Assembly (NCBI RefSeq): GCF_045037415.1
Contig: NZ_CP173438.1
Reading direction: 5' to 3' (one strand)
Origin: Escherichia coli
GTDB taxonomy: Bacteria > Pseudomonadota > Gammaproteobacteria > Enterobacterales > Enterobacteriaceae
Length of the DNA: 64,000 bases
The notes under the pieces were generated by a model. The model had not been told where the DNA came from and did not search any database. It saw only the letters and a program-made list of their open reading frames with translations. This document shows, in pieces, positions 25,356 to 35,509 of the stretch. Within the stretch, counting starts at the first letter, position 1. Every line of letters starts with the position of its first letter. A program made the translations under genes and the position numbers.

Positions 25356-26579
25356 ATGCGTAAAAAAGAAGAGAATCTGAATACGGCATCAGGATTGCGT
25401 ATTGCCATGATTTTGCTGGGTATTGCCGTCACACCTGTGCTGTTGTCATCCTCAAGCCTCGGCAATCAACTTTCCAGCGGCAGTTTAATTAGCGTCGTAT
25501 TGTTAGGCGGCGTCATTCTGACCTTACTTTCAGCCATCACCATTAGCGTGGGAGAAAAAGCCCGCCTGCCAACGTATGGCATTGTGAAATATTCGTTTGG
25601 CGAAAAAGGGGCCATCGCCATTAACATTTTGATGGCGATAAGTCTGTTCGGCTGGATTGCCGTTACCGCCAATATGTTTGGTCATTCGGTACATGACTTA
25701 CTGGCTCAACATGGACTGGAAGTTCCACTGGCACTGTTAGTGGCGGCTGGCTGTGTCATTTTTGTCGCCTCTACGGCATTTGGCTTTGCCGTTCTGGGAA
25801 AAATTGCCCAGGTTGCCGTGCCGGTTATCGCGCTGGTGCTGTGTTACATCCTCTATGTGGCAACCCATACCGAAGTGGCAGTACCAGCGGCGATTGTGGA
25901 GATGAATACAGGTGTCGCCGTTTCCACCGTTGTTGGCACCATTATTGTGCTGGTTGCCACACTGCCTGATTTCGGTAGTTTTGTGCATAACCGCAAACAT
26001 GCGCTGATTGCCGCAGGCGTGACGTTTCTGGTTGCCTACCCTCTGCTCTACTGGGCGGGTGCAACGCCGAGCGCCATTAGTGGTCAGGGATCTTTACTGG
26101 GTGCGATGGCGGTATTCGGTGCAGTTCTGCCTGCGGCGCTGTTGTTGATTTTCGCCTGCGTCACCGGTAACGCGGGCAATATGTTCCAGGGCACGCTGGT
26201 GGTTTCCACACTGCTTACCCGCTTTCCCAAATGGCAGATTACCGTGGCGCTGGGTATCCTTTCCGCCATCGTAGGCAGTATGGATATTATGGCGTGGTTT
26301 ATTCCGTTTCTGCTGTTCCTGGGTATCGCCACGCCACCCGTTGCCGGAATTTATATCGCTGACTTTTTCCTTTATCGCCGTAATGGCTATCAAGAGTCAG
26401 TGTTAGCCCAGGAGTCACAGATTAAAGTGCTGACATTCGCAGCATGGATCATAGGCGCAGCGGTTGGCTTTATGACCGTAAAAGGCTTATTCACCCTGAC
26501 GACGATCCCTTCGGTAGACTCGATTCTGGTGGCATGTATCGCGTATGCGATTCTCAGTCGGGCAAGTCAACACCGCTAA
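25356..26579 (+). CDS. NCS1-family nucleobase/ureide permease (cytosine permease CodB-like)
   Basis: 407 aa, ~12 TM segments, size and composition like CodB/allantoin-type permeases. Confidence 0.65.
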   Translation: MRKKEENLNTASGLRIAMILLGIAVTPVLLSSSSLGNQLSSGSLISVVLLGGVILTLLSAITISVGEKARLPTYGIVKYSFGEKGAIAINILMAISLFGWIAVTANMFGHSVHDLLAQHGLEVPLALLVAAGCVIFVASTAFGFAVLGKIAQVAVPVIALVLCYILYVATHTEVAVPAAIVEMNTGVAVSTVVGTIIVLVATLPDFGSFVHNRKHALIAAGVTFLVAYPLLYWAGATPSAISGQGSLLGAMAVFGAVLPAALLLIFACVTGNAGNMFQGTLVVSTLLTRFPKWQITVALGILSAIVGSMDIMAWFIPFLLFLGIATPPVAGIYIADFFLYRRNGYQESVLAQESQIKVLTFAAWIIGAAVGFMTVKGLFTLTTIPSVDSILVACIAYAILSRASQHR

Positions 26580-26656
26580 TTCCTGGGTATACTCAGGCAA
26601 TGATTACGGCTGAATCTGGAGAGATTCAGCCACTTTACCACTGACCAGGGAGCCTT

Positions 26657-27562
26657 ATGTTCATCTCAGACGAAACGCTTCGTGTTATTCATCTGGTCGC
26701 CAGACACCAGAGCATTACCACCGCAGCCGAGCAGTTAAATAAAGTCCCTTCCGCCATCAGTTACACCATCAAGAAAGCGGAAGAGAGCCTGGGCGTTGAA
26801 CTGTTCATTCGTAAGGGACGCTATATTGAATTATCGCCAGCGGGAAGTTACTTCATCGAACATAGCAAAACTATTCTTGGCGACCTGGAAGCATTAAAGC
26901 GCAACACAGTGCTGATTCACGATGGTATTGAGCGTGAACTGACAATTGCGGTAAACAATATTATTCCTGGTGATTTGCTGGTGGCATTTATTCGAGATTT
27001 TGAACGGCAATTCACATCAACAACACTGACGGTAGATCTTGAGGTATACAACGGCTGCTGGGATGCGCTGTACAGTAAGCGTGCTGATCTGGTCTACGGT
27101 GCTCCTCATGCAGTACCAAGCAGTGAAGGCATCATTAGCGAACCGGTCGGACAAATGGAATGGGATTTTGTCGTCAGCCCACTCCACCCACTGGCAGCGA
27201 AGCGGCATCCATTAGAAAACAGTGAATTGCGTCATTATCCAGCGGTTTGTATCCGCGATACCTCCGTTAACTTCCCCCCGATGCAAGCCTGGTTGTTGGA
27301 AGGACAAAAACCCATTTTTGTTCCTGACTTCGCTACGGCAATCGCCTTAATAGAACAAAACGTCGGTATTGGTTATATTCCACATCATCTGGCATTACCG
27401 TTATTGAACAGCGGTAAATTGCTTAAAAAGCCAATGCGCGAACATAAACACGCCACCAAGTTATTTCTTGCCGCTCGTTCCGATGGTATGGGCAAAGCCT
27501 GTCAGTGGTGCATAGAATATTTAAGAAACCAGCAATTAATGACACGATTTGTATTTAATTGA
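26657..27562 (+). CDS. LysR-family transcriptional regulator
   Basis: 301 aa; N-terminal HTH (TAAEQLNKVPSAISYTIKKAEESLGVELF) plus LysR substrate-binding domain. Confidence 0.8.
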   Translation: MFISDETLRVIHLVARHQSITTAAEQLNKVPSAISYTIKKAEESLGVELFIRKGRYIELSPAGSYFIEHSKTILGDLEALKRNTVLIHDGIERELTIAVNNIIPGDLLVAFIRDFERQFTSTTLTVDLEVYNGCWDALYSKRADLVYGAPHAVPSSEGIISEPVGQMEWDFVVSPLHPLAAKRHPLENSELRHYPAVCIRDTSVNFPPMQAWLLEGQKPIFVPDFATAIALIEQNVGIGYIPHHLALPLLNSGKLLKKPMREHKHATKLFLAARSDGMGKACQWCIEYLRNQQLMTRFVFN

Positions 27563-27689
27563 CAATACAATGATAAAAATATAAGTCTTGCTTTAATTAG
27601 AGCGCCCGTTTAAATTATTTTTGTGCAGTTGACGTAATTCATGAAAATTAACCGGTCTGTTAATCATTACGTTCACTGCACACCTTCAT

Positions 27690-27761
27690 TTTTTCACACC
27701 TATCCACGCCTGAAAACTATGTTATAATCAGCACTTTCTGTCAGAATGAAATTTACTAATT
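27690..27761 (+). promoter_or_regulatory. Putative promoter of the RpiR-family gene (extended -10 TGTTATAAT)
   Basis: tgttataat about 35 bp upstream of the ATG in an AT-rich intergenic region. Confidence 0.3.
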
Positions 27762-28607
27762 ATGAATAACATAACCGTAAAAAGTCTGATTCAAAGCAAT
27801 TACCCTACACTGCATCAGGCGGAAAAAAAGGTCGCTGACTATATTCTTAGCCACGCACATGAAGTCGTGAACTATAGTGTCACTGAACTATCAGAAAAAA
27901 GCCATGCCAGTGAAGCGACTATCGTACGCACCTGTAAGAAATTAGGTTATCAGGGTTATTACCATTTAAAAATTGCATTAGCAAAAGAAGTCATTAATCC
28001 TGACAATAGCTATCCTGAAAATACCGACTTCAGCGATATAACATCTTTGGCAACCTTTTTATTAAAAAAACAGGCCGAAGATTTAATACAATCAACGCAA
28101 TTTTTTAATGCCGACGTGCTTGAGTCCATTCTCAAACTACTTGCTAATTGCGATACTATTTTCTTTTTTGCTGCCGGAAATTCAAACCCACTGGCCGTTT
28201 ATAGTGCTTATAAATTCAGCCAACTCGGATTAAAAACCGTTGTTCACGTCAGCCCGGAAATGCAAATTAATGCGGCATATTCTATGGGGAAACGCGACCT
28301 GGCGATTGGTATTTCTAACTCTGGCAGCACCAACTTAATGGTCGATATCTTTAAAGTGGTGAAAGAGCGCGGTGCCAAATCCGTTTGTATCACTAACTAT
28401 ATTAAATCTCCGTTATCAAAACTCTCCACCCATCAACTCAATACCGCGGTCAGCGATAAAATCTTCTTTGAAGCCTTCGACTCCACTCGCGTTCCGGCAA
28501 TGGGCGTTATTGATATGCTGGTGCTGTTGTTTATGTATAAAAACAAGGCGCATTACGAGAAATACCGCACCCGTGAAGAGTTTCTTGGCTCCCGTTTCAA
28601 GGGGTAA
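27762..28607 (+). CDS. RpiR/MurR-family transcriptional regulator (HTH_6 + SIS domain)
   Basis: 281 aa; N-terminal RpiR-type HTH (LSEKSHASEATIVRTCKKLGYQGY) and C-terminal SIS sugar-phosphate-binding domain. Confidence 0.8.
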   Translation: MNNITVKSLIQSNYPTLHQAEKKVADYILSHAHEVVNYSVTELSEKSHASEATIVRTCKKLGYQGYYHLKIALAKEVINPDNSYPENTDFSDITSLATFLLKKQAEDLIQSTQFFNADVLESILKLLANCDTIFFFAAGNSNPLAVYSAYKFSQLGLKTVVHVSPEMQINAAYSMGKRDLAIGISNSGSTNLMVDIFKVVKERGAKSVCITNYIKSPLSKLSTHQLNTAVSDKIFFEAFDSTRVPAMGVIDMLVLLFMYKNKAHYEKYRTREEFLGSRFKG

Positions 28608-28629
28608 AAGGTCATCCTTTCACCCCTTG
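28598..28629. terminator. Hairpin between convergent RpiR-family and transketolase genes
   Basis: caaggggtaaaagg-tcat-cctttcaccccttg inverted repeat; no clean U-tract on either strand. Confidence 0.35.
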
Positions 28630-28636
28630 TGCAGGT

Positions 28637-30634
28637 TTAGCTGTTCAGTAGCTCACGCGCCTGCGCCAGGACATTTTCCGGCGTAAAACCAAAGTGTTTG
28701 AACAACACATTCGCCGGAGCAGACTCACCAAAGCTCGTCATGCCGATCACTTTACCGTCCAGGCCCACGTAGCGTTCCCAGAATCCGGCGATGCTGGCTT
28801 CTACCGCCAGACGTTTGCGTACAGCTTTTGGCAATACCGACTCTTTGTACGCCGCATCCTGATTATCGAAACGCTCGGTACACGGCATGGAAACCACGCG
28901 AACTTTACGCCCTTCTTCCGTTAACGCTTTTGCGGCGCTGACCACTAACTCAATCTCTGAACCCGCAGAAATGAGGATCATCTCAGGCTGACCGTCACAA
29001 TCACTCAGTACATAACCACCACGCGCAATCTCTGCCAACTGTGCAGCGGTGCGCGGCTGTTGCGCCAGAGGTTGGCGCGTTAATACCAACGACGTTGGGC
29101 CATCTTTGCGCTCAATCGCCTGTTGCCAGGCCACCGCCACTTCCACCTGATCGCAACCGCGCCAGGTTTCCATATTCGGCGTCAGACGCAGCGACGCCAG
29201 TTGCTCAACGGGCTGATGTGTCGGGCCGTCTTCGCCCAGGCCGATGGTATCGTGGGTATAAACAAACACCGAGCGGATCTTCATCAGCGCCGCCATGCGC
29301 AGTGCATTACGCGCATATTCCATAAACATCAGGAAAGTACCGCCGTAAGGGATAAACCCACCATGCAGCGCAAGACCGTTCATGATGGCCGACATACCAA
29401 ATTCACGCACGCCATAGGAGATGTAATTCCCCGCCGGATTTTCTCCGGTGAAATCAACCGATTTCTGATGGCGAGTCAGGTTAGAGGGCGACAAGTCCGC
29501 CGAGCCGCCCATCAGTTCCGGCAGCATATCTGCGAAGTGATTGAGGCATTTCTGGCTAACCTGACGGGTTGCCAGCGCCGCCGGATGGGATTGCAGATCG
29601 TGCACATATTTCTGCATATTCTCGACCCAGCCAGCAGGCAAATCACCCTTCATGCGACGAGTAAACTCCGCCGCCAGTTCCGGCCACTGCTTCGCGTAGT
29701 CGGCAAACAGTGCATCCCATTCCTGTTGAACCTGCGCGCCTTTCTCGGTCGCATCCCATTCGGCATAAATTTCACCAGGAATTTCGAAAGGGGCATACGG
29801 CCATTGCAGACGTTCACGCACCAGCGCCACTTCATCTGCACCCAGCGCCGAGCCGTGGCAATCGTGGCTGTTGGCTTTATTTGGCGAACCAAAACCGATA
29901 ATCGTTTTGCAGCACAGCAGACTGGGCTTATCCGTGACGCTTTTCGCTTCACGCACCGCAGCATCTACCGCTTCTGGATCGTGACCATCAACGCCTTCAA
30001 TGACATGCCAGCCGTAGGCACGAAAACGGGCAGCCGTATCTTCAGCGAACCAGCCTTCTACGTGACCATCGATCGAAATACCGTTATCGTCCCAGATAGC
30101 AATCAGATTGCCGAGCTTCAGCGTTCCTGCAAGACCACAGGCCTCGTGGGAGATCCCTTCCATCAGACAGCCATCACCCAAAAATAACCATGTGTGATGA
30201 TCAACAATATTAAAGCCCGGTTTGTTAAATTCTGCCGCCAGCGCCTTCTCCGCAATCGCCATCCCCACCGCATTAGCTACGCCCTGCCCCAACGGGCCGG
30301 TGGTGGTTTCAACACCCGGCGTATAACCATATTCTGGATGACCCGGCGTGCGGGAGTGGAGCTGACGAAAGTCGCGAATATCATCCATCGACAGGTCGTA
30401 GCCTGTAAGATGCAGCAAAGCGTAAATCAACATGGAGCCGTGACCGTTCGACTGAACATAGCGGTCGCGGTTAAACCACTGCGGATTTTTTGGGTTATGA
30501 CGCAGGTGACGACGCCAGACCACTTCGGCAATATCCGCCATCCCCATCGGCGCGCCCGGATGACCGGAGTTCGCTTTCTGGATCGCATCAACACTTAACA
30601 TTCGGATGGCATTAGCCAGTAATTGTGAATTCAT
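28637..30634 (-). CDS. Transketolase (full-length, additional paralogue of TktA/TktB)
   Basis: 665 aa; collinear with TktA over the whole length ([15 protein letters not shown], ThDP-binding [20 protein letters not shown]) but clearly divergent from both TktA and TktB as I recall them. Confidence 0.9.
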   Translation of the reverse strand: MNSQLLANAIRMLSVDAIQKANSGHPGAPMGMADIAEVVWRRHLRHNPKNPQWFNRDRYVQSNGHGSMLIYALLHLTGYDLSMDDIRDFRQLHSRTPGHPEYGYTPGVETTTGPLGQGVANAVGMAIAEKALAAEFNKPGFNIVDHHTWLFLGDGCLMEGISHEACGLAGTLKLGNLIAIWDDNGISIDGHVEGWFAEDTAARFRAYGWHVIEGVDGHDPEAVDAAVREAKSVTDKPSLLCCKTIIGFGSPNKANSHDCHGSALGADEVALVRERLQWPYAPFEIPGEIYAEWDATEKGAQVQQEWDALFADYAKQWPELAAEFTRRMKGDLPAGWVENMQKYVHDLQSHPAALATRQVSQKCLNHFADMLPELMGGSADLSPSNLTRHQKSVDFTGENPAGNYISYGVREFGMSAIMNGLALHGGFIPYGGTFLMFMEYARNALRMAALMKIRSVFVYTHDTIGLGEDGPTHQPVEQLASLRLTPNMETWRGCDQVEVAVAWQQAIERKDGPTSLVLTRQPLAQQPRTAAQLAEIARGGYVLSDCDGQPEMILISAGSEIELVVSAAKALTEEGRKVRVVSMPCTERFDNQDAAYKESVLPKAVRKRLAVEASIAGFWERYVGLDGKVIGMTSFGESAPANVLFKHFGFTPENVLAQARELLNS

Positions 30635-30684
30635 ACTTCAGCTCTCTCTGTCTGGCGGGCTGAAACCAGCCCGCTAATCTCGAA

Positions 30685-32193
30685 TTAGTTAGCACAGGCC
30701 ACTGTCATTTCTGTCGGGCGCGGTCTGCTCATTACGGTTTTGATTTCGTCGCGCAGGATTTGCGATTTGCCGCCAAATATCACCTGTACACCGCCATCAC
30801 CCAGTTTCACTAAACCCGCAGCCCCCAACTCCTTCAGCCGTTTTTCATTCACTTTCTTATCGTCTACCAGCGCCAGCCTTAGGCGTGTTGCGCAGGCATC
30901 CACATCTTCGATATTGTCGAAACCACCTACTGCTTCGATGATTTGGTATGGACGTTCTTCGCGCGTTAATGTGGTTGCAACGGCAATCTCTTCATCCTCA
31001 CGCCCCGGTGTTTTCAGATTCAACTTGCGGATCAGTACCCGAAATACGGTGTAGTAAATCGCTGCATAGCCCGCGCCTGCCAGGAACACCAGATACCACG
31101 GCGTGCGGTTTGGCATAACGCCATTCAGTACGAAATCAATAAGACCGCCAGCAAAAGGATGACCAATGTGCACATTCAGGATGTTCATCAGCACAAATGA
31201 AGTGGCATATAAGAAGATGTGAATGATGTAGAGAACCGGCGCTGCAAACAAAAATGCATATTCCAGCGGCTCCGTAATCCCGGTAACAAATGTGGTCAGC
31301 GCACCGGAGAGTAAAAGGCCTTTAATCAGCGCCTTACGTTCCGGTTTTGCTTCCTGATACATCGCCAACGCGGCGGCAGGTAACGCAAACATCATGATCG
31401 GGAAACGACCTGTCATAAACAGCCCCGCCGTCAACGGAGCACCGTCGCGCAATTGGGCAAAGAACACCGGAATATCGCCCGTCACCAGTTGCCCGGATTT
31501 GGTCATGTAGTCGCCAAAGTTGTAATAAAACGGCACGTTCCAGATATGATGCAGGCCAAAAGGAATCAGCGAACGTTCGCCAACGGCGTAAATAAAGGCC
31601 GCGAAGTTCGCGTTATGTCCACTGGTCACCAGCGTTGAAAGCGACGCCAGACCTTTTTGTACCGGTATCCACAGCCACGGCAATAAATAGCCGACAATAA
31701 TTGCCGCCACAGCCGTAATAATCGGTACAAAGCGTTTTCCACCGAAGAAACCAAGAAACTGAGGCAATTCAATATTGTGGAAGCGGGTATAGAGCAGATA
31801 AACAAAGATGGCGACAATCAGACCGCCAAACACTCCCGTTTGTAACGTCGGTACCCCGAGGATCATCGCATAATCACCGTTACTGGCTGCAACGGACTCC
31901 GCAGTAATGCCAAGTTGCGTTCCCATCGTGGCATTCATGATCATGTAACTGATAATCGCTGAAAGTGATGAAGAACCATCACCTGTCAGGCCAATCACAA
32001 TACCGACACAAAACAGCAAAGGAAGGTTGGCGAAAATCAGGCCGCCGCAATTCGCCAGCAGCTCAATGTTAAATGAAATCCCGATGGCTAAAATCAAACC
32101 CGCCGCCGGAAGAATGGCGATTGGTAACATCAGAGCAGAAGAAAATTTCTGCAACTTCTTGAAGTTAAACAAGGATGTTATTTTTTTGCTCAT
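30685..32193 (-). CDS. PTS system glucose-family EIICB component
   Basis: 502 aa; EIIC membrane domain with GITEPLEY motif and C-terminal EIIB domain with the phospho-cysteine motif CATRLR. Confidence 0.85.
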   Translation of the reverse strand: MSKKITSLFNFKKLQKFSSALMLPIAILPAAGLILAIGISFNIELLANCGGLIFANLPLLFCVGIVIGLTGDGSSSLSAIISYMIMNATMGTQLGITAESVAASNGDYAMILGVPTLQTGVFGGLIVAIFVYLLYTRFHNIELPQFLGFFGGKRFVPIITAVAAIIVGYLLPWLWIPVQKGLASLSTLVTSGHNANFAAFIYAVGERSLIPFGLHHIWNVPFYYNFGDYMTKSGQLVTGDIPVFFAQLRDGAPLTAGLFMTGRFPIMMFALPAAALAMYQEAKPERKALIKGLLLSGALTTFVTGITEPLEYAFLFAAPVLYIIHIFLYATSFVLMNILNVHIGHPFAGGLIDFVLNGVMPNRTPWYLVFLAGAGYAAIYYTVFRVLIRKLNLKTPGREDEEIAVATTLTREERPYQIIEAVGGFDNIEDVDACATRLRLALVDDKKVNEKRLKELGAAGLVKLGDGGVQVIFGGKSQILRDEIKTVMSRPRPTEMTVACAN

Positions 32194-32234
32194 TTTTATT
32201 CTCCTGTAGGGTATCGAGCAAATAACGGCGACGA

Positions 32235-32804
32235 CTATTCCAGATTGGCGTGGCGCTTAAACAGTTCACTTTCCGGCGCACCACTTTCAGCAGCCATCTT
32301 CATCACTAATGCATCGGCAATCACCAGCAAAGCTTGCTCATACAACGACGCCATCGGCTGTGCCGAGCGGAAAACAGAATCTTTTTGATTTTTGGAAGGG
32401 GCATTGATTTGCACGATGACGTCGACAAACTCGGTGATAGTGGCGTGTCGATTCGTGGTTAACACCGCCACAGCGCCGCCGAGCTGACGTGCTTTTTTCG
32501 CCAGCGCCACCAGTTGTGCTGTCTCACCGGAAGCAGAAGAAACGATAAACAGATCGCCAGGCCCAAAGTTCGGCGTAATGGTTTCCGTCAGGAAGTAAAC
32601 CTCTTTTCCCATATGCATCAGGCGCATGGTGAAGGCTTTCATAGAAAAACCGGCGCGTCCCAGGCCATAGCAGAAAACGCGCTGGCTTTGCTGAATAGTG
32701 TCGATCAATTTGGTGCAGTCATCCTCACGGATAGAGTCCTTAACGAAGGTTAATTCATTGATGATCTCAGTGATGTACAGCTTTGCGTCCATTTCACACC
32801 TCAT
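32235..32804 (-). CDS. 6-phospho-3-hexuloisomerase-like SIS-domain protein (HxlB/PHI family)
   Basis: ~185 aa single SIS domain; MRLMHMG, QPMASLYEQ and C-terminal HANLE closely resemble B. subtilis HxlB. The true start may be the second Met (MDAKLYI, 12 bp in). Confidence 0.75.
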   Translation of the reverse strand: MRCEMDAKLYITEIINELTFVKDSIREDDCTKLIDTIQQSQRVFCYGLGRAGFSMKAFTMRLMHMGKEVYFLTETITPNFGPGDLFIVSSASGETAQLVALAKKARQLGGAVAVLTTNRHATITEFVDVIVQINAPSKNQKDSVFRSAQPMASLYEQALLVIADALVMKMAAESGAPESELFKRHANLE

Positions 32805-32829
32805 GAAATAATTTTCTCAAACACAAAAT

Positions 32830-32850
32830 CTCATGAAATTTTATTTCATT
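32830..32850. promoter_or_regulatory. Perfect palindrome TGAAAT-TTT-ATTTCA upstream of the PHI-PTS-transketolase operon (candidate operator)
   Basis: tgaaattttatttca about 30 bp upstream of the SIS gene start; related TGAAAT/ATTTCA copies near 32793-32810, 32865 and 32990. Confidence 0.3.
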
Positions 32851-33091
32851 CCAATGCATCAGTATGAAATGTGAAGCTAGTCACAAGAAAGATCATAGGT
32901 TGATATGTTTTTCATTAAAAAACATAGAGATATCAAGTAATTTTTAATATGTGATGGAGAGGCAGATAGAAAAAATGGCGGAAATGACGAAATTTATTTC
33001 ATGAGAAGGGAATAAAGAAGATTTTCTTAAACAGGGTATGAACTGATATCTGGAATGGTTTACGCAGTATGCTGGGAAGACGTCGCTGTAA

Positions 33092-33122
33092 TGAGAAAAG
33101 ACCGGGTGGTATTACCACCCGG
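33092..33122 (-). terminator. Rho-independent terminator downstream of metE
   Basis: ccgggtggt-att-accacccgg stem with a T-rich tract on the minus strand just after the metE stop. Confidence 0.5.
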
Positions 33123-33130
33123 TTTGGATT

Positions 33131-35392
33131 TTACCCCCGACGCAAATTCTGCGCCGCCTGCACCATGTTCGCCAGTGCCGCGCGGGTTTCTGGCCAGCCG
33201 CGCGTTTTCAGGCCACAGTCCGGGTTGACCCACAGACGCTCTGCCGGAATGCGTTTTGCCGCTTTCTTCAGCAAGGCTTCAATCCATTCCACGCTCGGTA
33301 CGTTTGGCGAGTGAATGTCATAGACGCCAGGACCGATTTCATTTGGATAATCAAACTCTTCAAACGACTCCAGCAACTCCATGTCGGAACGCGAGGTTTC
33401 GATGGTGATGACGTCTGCGTCCAACGCCGCAATCGAATCCATAATGTCGTTGAACTCGCAGTAACACATGTGAGTGTGGATTTGTGTGTCATCTTTCGCC
33501 ACGGCGGCGTTGATACGGAAAGCCTCCACGCCCCACTGGAGATAGGCATCCCAGTCGCTGCGACGCAGTGGTAAACCTTCGCGCAATGCCGGTTCGTCAA
33601 TCTGAATGATGCCAATTCCAGCGGCTTCCAGATCGGCCACTTCATCACGCAGTGCCAGCGCAATCTGTTTGGCGATGGTTTCACGGCTGACATCTTCACG
33701 CGGGAACGACCAGCAGAGAATAGTCACCGGGCCAGTCAACATCCCTTTCACCGGTTTATCAGTCAGGGATTGCGCATATTTTGCCCACTCCACGGTAATC
33801 GGTGCCGGGCGGCTAACGTCACCAATAACAATCGGTGGCTTCACGCAGCGGGAACCGTAGCTCTGTACCCAACCGTTTTGCGTAAAGACAAAGCCATCCA
33901 GATGCTCGCCAAAGTATTCCACCATGTCATTACGCTCGGCCTCGCCATGTACCAGCACATCCAGTCCCAAACGTTCCTGCTCAACAATGGCCTGCTTGAT
34001 ATGTTCCGCAATGCCCGTGCGGTAGTTATTGGCGTCGATATTACCCTTTTTAAAATCCAGACGCAGGGTACGAATCTCCGTGGTTTGCGGGAAGGAACCA
34101 ATCGTGGTGGTCGGCCACGCGGGCAGTTTAAAACGCGCACGCTGGGCTTCAGCACGCACTTCATAGACATTCGCACGCTGACTGTCCTGGGCGGTGATCG
34201 CCGCCAGACGCTTTTCTACTGCCGGATTATGTACACGAGTAGAGTGACGACGCGCCTGAATCGGAGCGCTCCACTCTGCCAGAGCTGCCGTATCACCACT
34301 GTTCAGCGCATCGCGCAGCAATGCCAGTTCATGACATTTTTGCAAGGCGAAGGCAAACCAGCTTTTCACTTCTGCATCAAGACGCGTTTCCACGCTCAGG
34401 TCGATGGGGCTGTGCAGCAGTGAGCAGGAAGATGCCACCCACAAATCACGTTTGCCGACAATGTCCTTAATTTGCGCATATTTCTCGGTAAGATCGGCGC
34501 GCCAGACGTTACGACCATTGATAAGACCCGCAGACAGCAGCCAGTCAGAAGGCAGGCGCTTGTGCAGTTCAGCAACGTCATCTTTACCATGTACAAGATC
34601 GACATGCAGACCCTGAACAGGCAGCGCAGTAATCGTGTCGAGGTTTGGCGTTACGCCTTCAAAATAGGTGGTCAGCAGCAGTTTCACCTGGCCCTGGAGC
34701 GCGTCGTAAGCGGGTTTGTATGCATCCAGCCACGCCTGCGGCAGTTCCAGCACTAGCGCGGGTTCGTCGATCTGTACCCACTCAATGCCGCGTTTCGCTA
34801 GTTCTGCCAGCACTTGCTGATAAACCGGCAGAATGTCGTTCAGCAGGCTCAGGCGATCAAACTGTTCACCTTTCACTTTACCCAGCCACAGGTAGGTAAC
34901 CGGCCCCAGCAGCACAGGTTTCACCTTGTGGCCCAGCGCCAGCGCCTCGTCCACTTCCTCCAGCAGCTGCGTCCAGGTCAGTTTGAACTGTTGGCCTTTA
35001 ACGAACTCCGGCACCATGTAGTGATAGTTGGTGTTAAACCATTTGGTCATTTCCGCTGCCGCCGCAGGTTCGCCAGTCGGTGCACGTCCACGACCAATAC
35101 GGAACAGGGTATCGATATCTACCGAACCATCGTTGTTCTGATGACGTTGCGGAACATTACCCAGCAGCAGACTGGTTGTCAGTACATGATCGTACCAGGC
35201 AAAATCGCCCACCGGCAGCAGGTCGATACCCGCTTGCTTTTGTTGATCCCAGTGACGAGCACGCAATTCACGCCCTACCGCCAGCAGTTCTTCACGCGTG
35301 GAGTTCCCCGCCCAATAACTCTCTTGCGCTTTTTTCAGCTCGCGACGCAGGCCAACGCGAGGGAAACCGAGGGTGTGATTAAGAATTGTCAT
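33131..35392 (-). CDS. metE: Cobalamin-independent methionine synthase
   Basis: 753 aa, full-length match to MetE ([23 protein letters not shown]...). Confidence 0.95.
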   Translation of the reverse strand: MTILNHTLGFPRVGLRRELKKAQESYWAGNSTREELLAVGRELRARHWDQQKQAGIDLLPVGDFAWYDHVLTTSLLLGNVPQRHQNNDGSVDIDTLFRIGRGRAPTGEPAAAAEMTKWFNTNYHYMVPEFVKGQQFKLTWTQLLEEVDEALALGHKVKPVLLGPVTYLWLGKVKGEQFDRLSLLNDILPVYQQVLAELAKRGIEWVQIDEPALVLELPQAWLDAYKPAYDALQGQVKLLLTTYFEGVTPNLDTITALPVQGLHVDLVHGKDDVAELHKRLPSDWLLSAGLINGRNVWRADLTEKYAQIKDIVGKRDLWVASSCSLLHSPIDLSVETRLDAEVKSWFAFALQKCHELALLRDALNSGDTAALAEWSAPIQARRHSTRVHNPAVEKRLAAITAQDSQRANVYEVRAEAQRARFKLPAWPTTTIGSFPQTTEIRTLRLDFKKGNIDANNYRTGIAEHIKQAIVEQERLGLDVLVHGEAERNDMVEYFGEHLDGFVFTQNGWVQSYGSRCVKPPIVIGDVSRPAPITVEWAKYAQSLTDKPVKGMLTGPVTILCWSFPREDVSRETIAKQIALALRDEVADLEAAGIGIIQIDEPALREGLPLRRSDWDAYLQWGVEAFRINAAVAKDDTQIHTHMCYCEFNDIMDSIAALDADVITIETSRSDMELLESFEEFDYPNEIGPGVYDIHSPNVPSVEWIEALLKKAAKRIPAERLWVNPDCGLKTRGWPETRAALANMVQAAQNLRRG

Positions 35393-35422
35393 TATATGCC
35401 CCTTATGGAATTTTTAGTATTT

Positions 35423-35446
35423 AGCCGTCCAGATGTTTACACATCC
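35423..35446. promoter_or_regulatory. Tandem MetJ-box-like 8-mers in the metE-metR divergent control region
   Basis: agccgtcc agatgttt acacatcc, each 5-6/8 to the met-box consensus AGACGTCT. Confidence 0.4.
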
Positions 35447-35509
35447 ATAATTGGCGGTTACTGTATATTCCTCAAGCGCAAATTATTCATGCCGAAGTGA
35501 AGGACTTTC

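Noticed and set aside
32760-32762. Apparent one-base mismatch between my reading of the sequence text and the ORF-track translation of the PHI-like gene (EIINEL region)
   Set aside because: Most likely my own misreading at a line break. The ORF track is computed from the sequence, so I followed it and flagged the nearby motif coordinates as approximate.
19110-33130. Calling the ysgA-metE block, or the rmuC-udp block, a mobile element or genomic island with defined ends
   Set aside because: I saw no integrase, transposase, tRNA target or flanking direct repeats. They are accessory relative to K-12 as I recall it, but the mechanism of acquisition is not visible.
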